Source: Eledone cirrhosa (Eukaryota). Taken from it: DNA of 64,000 nt. The notes below the pieces were generated by a model. The model was not told the DNA's origin. It searched no databases and saw only the letters and a list, made by a program, of their open reading frames with translations. Of the stretch, positions 55,658 to 64,000 are shown one piece after another; within the stretch, counting starts at the first letter, position 1; each line of letters starts with the position of its first letter. A program made the translations under genes and the position numbers. Location of the stretch: assembly GCA_964016885.1 (NCBI GenBank), contig OZ024745.1, positions 28,148,001-28,212,000 of the forward strand, read 5' to 3'.

Positions 55658-56389
55658 CGTATCGAATTAAGACCTTGATTTTATCATCAGCAAAGAACGT
55701 GTTGCGTTTGATGAAGAATAAAAAAATGTGTTGAAACTTCGTTCTCTCCATCTCTGTGTGTGTGTGTTCCACTTCCACCAAGCGTGAACCTAATATAACT
55801 GTAAAATTACCTCCTGTGTTTTGTTTGTTTCATATATAAATATAATGCGTAACAAAACAAGGCAGACGATCGTGTTTAGGATATCTCTATAGTGTTGACC
55901 TTGTGTTAAAAAAAACTTCATGTAAAGTTCGAACGTAACCTATGGAAACGTGTCGCGGTCACTAGACATACTAGAAATAATAGCCAGGTATTCTTAAAAT
56001 CACACCTCACTGTCTTTGAAACAGGATACGTTTGATAATATAATCCGATGTAGACGATAGCTGAAAAAAAAAGAGATGGTCATGGCTGGGATACCATTCC
56101 GTATAGGCCTTTACCAATAGGGTTGACCTGGGGCTAAACAATAACTTCAAAATTTGTGTGTGACTGACACGTCACCCAGGGAACAGCGACAAGGTCACAC
56201 TCATCGTTAGAAATAGCAACCACCTTTGTTTTATTTTTTTTATCACACCTTGCTTTCTTGGAAAACCATTCATTACATAATGTATTTTCGGGGTAGAGTA
56301 TACGTGAAAAGGGAGTGGTTGTTATGGCTAGAAAATATTTAATTATAAGATAGATCGAGCTAGACTCTTACTGTAGCCTTCTGTTCTTT

Positions 56390-56905
56390 TAACTATATCA
56401 TTACCATATTTTCAACGAAAAACATTGCCTATGGTTTTCAAATAATTCTTATATATATAAAAATTAAGGAATGTAGTAATAAAGTAATAAACTAACCTTT
56501 TTATTATTTATCTGGTGTTTTGAACATAACTTAACAAAGGTTCTTACATAAAAAATTTAACGAAAAGTTAGCCCTTTCGTTACCATATTTCTAATCTGCG
56601 GTTTTGAAATAATGAATTTAAAAATTGGAGTCATTTAGTAATATTACTAATTTTCTCATTGTTTACTTGATGTCTGGAACACAACAAACACGTTTATATA
56701 AAATTATTACGAACGGGTTTTAAATAAATATAAAACCAAAATTTCTGTATATTAAAGTCATGTGTAGTTACAGGTGGTTTCTTAATAGGTCACTAACATG
56801 TCGTACACACCTCTAACATAGGTCAACTTTTCCCTTTATTAAAGGTATATCTGAGATTTATACAACTAAGACCGCACAATATTTTATGTTCAGTAGTAAA
56901 TGTAT
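56390..56905 (+). repeat. AT-rich repeat family present on both sides of the TMEM165 gene
   Basis: Units beginning (AACCCTTT)CATTACCATATTT...CCTATGxTTTTC...GGTTCTTACATAAAA at about 56398, 56570, 62800, 63400 and 63762. Confidence 0.65.
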
Positions 56906-57362
56906 TGTTATTGAAGTTTAGTGGTTAAATATAACTTTTCGTCTTGCCAACATTTTCACATTTCTGGAAATGTACTACAGAGCTAAGCATACATTTCTAT
57001 CTGAACATTTCCGTTTGTTTTATTATATCTCACATTTGAAGTAAGTATTTTATAATCATTAAAATATTATCATTTTTATTATCATTATTATTATAATTAC
57101 AATTATTATTATTATGATTATTGCTGTTATTTTTTTACAAAGTAAAAAAATATTTGCTATTGATACGTAAACTAAAACTGCTAGCTTTGTAATAGCGAGT
57201 GGAGGTTATTTCTTTCTGTCGACGTAAGTCGAAGGCAGGCTGTTGAAATTCTCTTCTTTTTTTTGCCTCATTGTTTTTCTTCTTTCTTTCTCAAACGATC
57301 GGACAATACTGGACAGACCTAAGTGTCTGTCTATTGCAATAACGCTGGCGAAAGAACCTGCT

Positions 57363-58277
57363 ATGACATTTACGTGTGTGTTGAGATGGTGTTTAGCAGG
57401 TGTACTGGCTCTCCTCTCTTTATTGGTTGTTACATCTAATGCAGAATCGGCACCGCTTGAACCTATACTTAAGAACGATGTGGGGGTTCCACTCGACGCC
57501 AACAAATTCAAACTCGGGGTGTCACACACTGTCGATAAAACAGGCCCCGGTGGAACACAGAAAGAGGCTGAAACGATGGGATCAACGAATTTAGGCTTCA
57601 TTCACGCCTTCATCGCTTCTCTATCGGTCATTATAGTGTCCGAACTGGGTGATAAAACCTTCTTCATTGCGGCTATAATGGCCATGCGACATTCCCGTGT
57701 GACAGTGTTTCTGGGAGCTATGGCAGCTCTAGCACTTATGACTGTTTTATCTGCTATTCTAGGCTTTGCCACGACCATAATACCTCGCAAATACACCTTC
57801 TATATCTCTTCATTTCTTTTCGCTGTATTCGGACTAAAAATGTTAAAGGATGGTTACGAGATGTCAGCCGATGACGGTCAGGAGGAATACGAAGAAGTTC
57901 AAGCTGATCTAAAGAAGAGGGAAGATGAAATGCAGAAAGCCAGCTACACTCAAGACGTAGAGACTGGTATAATTCGAACCCCAGGTAGGCGTTGGCTGAC
58001 CGGGTTAATATCTACCATATTTCTACAGGCCTTAACTCTGACGTTTCTGGCCGAATGGGGGGACAGGTCACAAGTGACCACTATTATTTTGGCTGCCCGC
58101 GAGGATATCTACGGTGTGATCATCGGTGGTGTATTGGGACACTCTCTTTGTACCGGACTAGCTGTGGTCGGTGGCCGGATTATAGCACAAAGGATTTCTA
58201 CAAGGACTGTCACGTTGGTCGGAGGCGTTGTATTTATAATGTTTGCTCTTTCTGCTTTGTTTATAGGACCTGATTGA
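57363..58277 (+). CDS. TMEM165: TMEM165/GDT1 (UPF0016) family Golgi Ca2+/Mn2+:H+ antiporter, 304 aa, single coding exon
   Basis: Signal-peptide-like N-terminus, both family motifs (SELGDKTFFIAAIMAMRH and AEWGDRSQ), an acidic central loop and six hydrophobic segments. The frame is uninterrupted. The first ATG is at 57363; the track start at 57243 is a TTG. Confidence 0.95.
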   Translation: MTFTCVLRWCLAGVLALLSLLVVTSNAESAPLEPILKNDVGVPLDANKFKLGVSHTVDKTGPGGTQKEAETMGSTNLGFIHAFIASLSVIIVSELGDKTFFIAAIMAMRHSRVTVFLGAMAALALMTVLSAILGFATTIIPRKYTFYISSFLFAVFGLKMLKDGYEMSADDGQEEYEEVQADLKKREDEMQKASYTQDVETGIIRTPGRRWLTGLISTIFLQALTLTFLAEWGDRSQVTTIILAAREDIYGVIIGGVLGHSLCTGLAVVGGRIIAQRISTRTVTLVGGVVFIMFALSALFIGPD

Positions 58278-58796
58278 TAATGTCTAGTCATCTATTTGTT
58301 TATAGAACTTGTACATCACTATACACACACACACACATTTCTATATATATTTATACACATGTATGTGTATGTATATATATATATTTATACACATGTATGT
58401 GTGTGTTTGTATATATATATATATATATATACGCACACGTTTGTGTATGTACATAAATGCCTATGTATGTGTGTAGTCCACACCGTTTGTTATATACATG
58501 TACACCTACCACAGTCGTAGGTAACCATTATAACTACGTTATTTGTTATGCCTCCCATATCACCCTTTATTTTCAACTAAAAATTATTTCGAGACAAGAA
58601 TAATTGTTTCTTCCCACCTGTCCTTGGCGTATGTCTAAAATATTCCATATCAAAAATGTATAAAATGGTGTGTGTGTGTATATATATATATATTCACACA
58701 TATTTATATACATACAAACATACATATATATATTTATATACGTATTTAGTAATGAGTCACAAGAATGAGCAACATAGTAAATATTAATATCTTTTT

Positions 58797-58872
58797 AGGC
58801 CAGTTTTTTTCCTGTGTGCTCACAGGGTCATCAGATAATGAACCTGTGAGTACACATGAGAAACTCTTGAGT
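58797..58872. ncRNA. Divergent pair of decayed hammerhead motifs
   Basis: The minus strand reads CTGATGA-C-CCTGTG(AGCA)CACAGG-AAAA. The plus strand reads ATAATGA-A-CCTGTG(AGTA)CACATG-A-GAAAC. Both share the same stem II sequence. Confidence 0.5.
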
Positions 58873-58969
58873 AAAAGACTCAAACGTGGCCTTAATAATA
58901 TTAATACATATACACACACACTTACATTATGAGAACAACTAACAGGTTATTGTAAATTGTATTGAGCCT

Positions 58970-61445
58970 TCACAACCTCTGCCCAGGTATTTGGTTTTCT
59001 TCTACTGCAGCTTCTTTCTACTGAGATTTCTTGGCACTTCACCCAACGATCACCTTGCATATACACCAATTGACCATCCCAACACAGTCTTCAACATAAT
59101 ACATAGTTTTTTCTCTCATTTCTGCAGTCACTACCCATGTCTCACTACCATGCAATACCACACTTTGCACGCATGCATCATGCAGCCAGCCCTTCTTTCG
59201 CAAAGGGAAACATTTTGTTATCAACAGAGGTAGTAGCTCCGTGAACTTTTTCCTGTCTGTTCCTAGCTACTATGCTCTCAATGCAACCTCCCTCACTGCT
59301 AATTAGCTCATCTATGTAACAAGCTATCAACCACTTCTATAGATCATTGCCGGGATTAGAAAAAGTTTATTTCACTCATGCTCTTACTGACAACTATCCC
59401 TGTGCATCTGCCATATATAAATCCTACTTTTTCTGTTAGTCTGCCTGCTATCCTACTACACCTGTTGTGTATCAAAGATTTATATTGTGTTCATCATATA
59501 GAATTACTACCTACTTCTTTTCTACATATTGAGCAAGGCCACTTCCTTAATGGATCAGGGTCCTGTGTTCTTTCCTACTTACCAAAACTTTGGTTTTTCC
59601 CAAGTTTATTCGAAGCTCTGATTCCCAAACCAAAATTTCTTCACTAGTTCCACAGATTTGGCTGTGAAAACCAGGTTGTCAGCATACAGAAGTTCCCATG
59701 GACAGCTGGTCTTAAATTCCTCTTTTATGGCCTGTAGAATTATTATAAACAGATGTGGGCCGAAGACTAAGCCATAATGAACACCTACATGCACATTAAT
59801 TTCCTCATTTAACTCATTACCTACTCTCACATTACTGGCAGCTGTTATGTACATAGCTTTCACTGCTCTCACAAACTTTTCTTCTACACTTAGTTTCCTT
59901 AAGGACCACCAGATTACAGATTATGATACTCTGTCAAAAGCTTTCTTTAGATCAATAAGCACTGGATATAGTGGTTTACACTTAGCTAGAAACTTCTCTT
60001 GTAGTTATCTCTCTAAAAAGATGGCATCAGTGATACTCCTCCCTGGCACAATACTAAACTGCATCTCATCTAATTTGACTCTTTCCCTAATTAGTTATGT
60101 TAGAACTCTTTCTGTCAACTTCACAACTCGGTCAATCAGTTTTATGCCCTTGCATTTGCTTCCTTCTAGCACATCACCTTTTCTCTTGTAATAATTGAGT
60201 GTATTGCTACACCAGTCATTGGGTATTGGGTATGGACCCCATCATGTATTACCTGATTGACTATACTGGAGACTAGTTCAACTCTTACTTCCCCAAAAGA
60301 TTTCAGTATCTCAGCAACTTTGTTGGACCAGCAGCTTTACCATTTTTCATCTCCTTGATTGCTTCTTTTACCCTATATCTGTCAATTTTAATAGTGGTCT
60401 CTCTGTTGGGTCAGCTGGGGGTAGTCTCTCTTCCACCCACTCATTCTCTACATTCATTGGCATCTCACAGTAGCATTTCTAGGCCTCTTTCTTTTGAGTG
60501 TCAGTGATGCTAAATGTGGCGGTGTCATTTCCAACACACTTTTCCTCAACAATGTCCTGGTTTTCACTCACACACAGCTTTGCGATGTGGAACACCTCAC
60601 GTTGCAACTCATTGGCAAATTTCCTGTTTTGGGATACTCTTTTAGCTACCTTGTTCCGATTTTTAATACTCCCATTTTTCCAGTTTTTCCATGCCTGTGT
60701 CTTTTCTTTAACAGCCCTACCACAGTGTTGTTCCACCAGCAGGTCACCCTTTGACTGTTCCAGCTACAAGTCTCGTTAGTAGCCTGCAGTAGGTTGTCCT
60801 TTATGTCCTCCTTCTTATAAGCTTTTCTGAACTTAAGTTTAACAGAGAGGTCCCTTGAGCTTCCATACTCTTCTCTGTATTTCTTTGTTTCTAATTCTGC
60901 CTTGTGCTTATTCTGATATTGAGCAGGGCATTCTTCCCCAAAGATGAACTTAGTATGTAGAACCATCTGTCTATCTCGTTTTTTAACAAGTATGAAATCA
61001 ATCTGGCTTGTGTGTTCACCTGATTGATAGGTAATCAGGTGACTGGTTGGCTGGCTGGTTTCCTGAAGTTAGTCTTGCAGATAATTCATTTGCATCATAG
61101 AATTCTTGGAACTTTGCTCCCTCCCTCTTCATTTCTTATGTGATAACCAGAACCACCATGTACTCTAGTGTAGTCATCCTGGTGCTGCCTTACATATCCA
61201 GTGAAATAGGCAGCTAGGATGATGAGGTCTCTGTCATCTATAACTGAGGTTGTCTGTAAGAGTTCCTCATAGAAACAGACCTTTTGTTCTTTACTCAATC
61301 CTGATTGTGTTACATACATCAAGATAAATGTTATTTTATTGCTTATGACTATTCTGAGCTTGATAATTCTATCATTTACTTTAACTACCTCATTTACCTT
61401 ATCTATCCACCTCTCAGCTCGCAGAATGCCTACAACCTACCCCAT
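58970..61445 (-). mobile_element. Old, decayed RTE-type LINE
   Basis: Fragments LHGSETW, FKTSCPWELLYADNL, QRVTCWWN and SGLSKEQKVCFYEELLQTT are colinear with the younger copies. Confidence 0.9.
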
Positions 61446-61839
61446 CTTCGTTTTCTACTCAGTTCATAGTTTCTGGCCAGATGCCATTCCTTTCACCTAC
61501 TACTTTACATATATGTATTATGTAATAGGTACAGCTAACATAGAGACTACTGCAAAATGTGTGTGTATAATGACCCCTGTACCTTCTTAATGCCATGCCA
61601 CATATGTCATCAAAATAAGGTAGAGAATGTAGGACCAAGTATATATATGTAACATCAAAGGAATTGACATAAAATGATATGTACATACACGTAACGATAC
61701 TTACATATAAACATAGCAACATATGTATTAATATATCTATACATACATATACATATTAATACATATATACATACATATACATATTAATACATTCATATAT
61801 TCACACAAAGCATGGCAGCGAGATATGGGCATTGAATGC

Positions 61840-62207
61840 AAAAGATATGAGAAGGCTGGAAAGAAACAAAGCAAACGTGTTTTGATGGATGAGCTGATGA
61901 GAAACTGGGTGTAAGAGAAATTGGATGTAGTGTACAGGGGAGAAGACTTCTGATACTGACGTGATGCATATGAGTGATGATTACTTGGTGAAGAAGTGCC
62001 AAGAAATCTTAGTGGAAGGAACCGACAGTAGAAGAATACCAAAAAAGACTTGGGCTGAGTTTGTGAGAGCTGATCTCAAATCGCTGAATTTCACAGAGGA
62101 GAGGACAAAGAAGTGTAACAAGTAGAGGGATGCTCTGCTGGTGAAAACCCATCCAACCCATGCGAGCATAGAAAAGCAGGTATAAAATGATCATAATGAT
62201 GATGATG
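61840..62207 (+). mobile_element. Decayed RTE-type 3' fragment with (GAT)n tail
   Basis: Remnants of KTWAEFVRADL, followed by CCAACCCATGCGAGCAT...GATGATGATG. Another tail-only piece lies at about 39997-40090 on the minus strand. Confidence 0.8.
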
Positions 62208-64000
62208 TGTATATACTTTGGGTTGGTCCTGCTACCAATAAAAATCACCAGTTGAGTTTCCCTTAAGTTTTATTATTAGGTAACTAATCCATTCCTCAGT
62301 TAATTTAGTAACTGCATAGTTACTTAATTGTCAATGCTCTTTCATCACACATCCTATGACCTTCACAATGTCTATTCTTGCTCCTCTGTGTCTCCTCTTC
62401 GTTCTGATTTTTTTATTTACTCCATTCTGTATTTATTTATTTATATACATTTATATACATATGGGCACATTTGAGTTTACAAACAGGAGAAAACCTGTAC
62501 ACAGTACATTTATATATATTATCATCATCATCGTTTTAGCATCCACTCTCCCTGCTAATATATATACACACATATAATGTGAAGTGTTTTCTGCTTCAAA
62601 ATAAAATCTATGTTCTCAGTCTTCATTGCATTGAGATAAGCTATGTTATGTGTGAAGTCCACATTGATGATGATGATGATGTCTTTTGGTGGAGTTATTT
62701 TTTTTTTTTTTTTTTTTTTTTCCTATTTTCACCATTCTCTGCATCCCCTCTCCTCATCTCCATTTCTCATTGGTTCAACTAGGGGCTAGGTTCCTTAAAA
62801 CCTATTATTACCAATATTTCCAATGAAAAATACAATTTTCAAATCAATTTTGAAAATATTTCTAATGAAAAATATTGCCTATGATTTTCTAACTTTGAAA
62901 ATAATAGGGAATTTGGTGGGATTTAGTAATATAACTAACTTTGTATCATTACATAACAAAGGTTCTTACATAAAATTATGATGAAAAGTTTTTAGACAAA
63001 TATATGCACTTTAAATTAAACAGACTGAATGTGGAGGTGTGGGTGGAGGTGGGATTGAGCTTGTCTGAATGTGGGCAAGGGTGGTTGACTATTAGGTGAG
63101 GAAGGGTTTGGATGTGGGTTTATTGAAAAATTGGAATTTTGAAAAAAATATATATTTTTTTGAAGAATTGAAATTTATGTTTCAAATGAAAGAAATCTGA
63201 AGAAATTAAAAAAAGAAAAAAAAAAGAGTTGCAGGGCAGAGGGTTGTTAGGACCTGAAACTGTTGGGTTGGTGGGGTATATTCTGAATTCATTTTAGTTG
63301 TAAATAATCTAAGACTAGTGTTTGCATATTGCTGTCTTGTCGAGTTCTCTGATCCGATATTGGTACATTTGTCACTGGTGGAGAAACTTGTTGAGTAGAT
63401 TAACCCTTTCATTGTCATATTTCTAATGAAAGATACCTATGATTTTCAATGTATTTTGAAAATAATCAAGAATTTGGAGTAATTTAGTAATATAACTAAT
63501 TTTCTCATTAAAAAGCTGGTGTTCAGATTTTGAAGGATCTTATATAAAATTACTATGGAAGGTTTTTAGATAAATATAAAATCAATTTCTGTATTGTAAA
63601 GCTATGTTTGGTTACAGGTAGTTTGATTTAAATGGGTAACTCATGGGTAACTAACATACTCATATGACATAGCTCATCTTTGCTCTCTTTATCAGAAGTA
63701 TGTTATTTAATGTACTACCACAAAGACTGCCCAATATTTATGTTCAGTAATAACTGTGGTGTAACCCTTTCATTATCATATTTATAGTTAAAGAAAAAAA
63801 TGGGCATAGAGCTAAACAAATTCAGTTTGCATTCCTAATGAAATTATCCATGCAAATAAAATATACTAACACTTCATGTATATGTAAAAATAAATCATTT
63901 TAAAAGTAGCTGCATTATGAAAAAACAAAACATTTAGTTTACATTCATATATCCATAATAAAATGAAACTTTTGTTCTGATAATTTATGTCAAACTTCTT

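Noticed and set aside
55660-55750. Hammerhead-like words on both strands beside the giant TA array
   Set aside because: The cores are mutated (TTGATGA, and GATA for GAAA) and the stems are unconvincing.
57243-57362. N-terminal extension of TMEM165 in the ORF track
   Set aside because: It starts at TTG. The first ATG at 57363 leads directly into a signal-peptide-like segment.
62245-62330. Minus-strand CTGAGGA with nearby hairpins
   Set aside because: GAAA is missing at the required position and stem I does not pair, so it is too decayed to call.

Overview
This is AT-rich, repeat-dominated eukaryotic DNA. The tRNA-derived SINEs, RTE LINEs and microsatellite load resemble an octopod cephalopod genome (inference, not verified). 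The only convincing host gene is a TMEM165/GDT1-family cation antiporter with an intron-free CDS (57363-58277, +). The rest is layered mobile DNA: Helitrons, a mariner, a Chapaev-like transposase, mariner MITEs, several RTE-type LINEs (one with a 925-aa APE-RT ORF carrying a PHD-like finger inside the RT), a Tx1/L1-like relic, five CRE-like restriction-like-endonuclease fragments, a Penelope-like GIY-YIG relic, SINEs and satellites. The main signal missed by the ORF track is about ten minimal hammerhead-ribozyme motifs (CUGANGA...GAAA...NUH) in short elements beside (TA)n or (TG)n tracts. Several of these elements are fold-back palindromes, and in three the inverted arm starts at or within 3 nt of the predicted cleavage site. 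Most ORF-track entries are microsatellite or antisense artefacts. All folds and identities were judged by eye.
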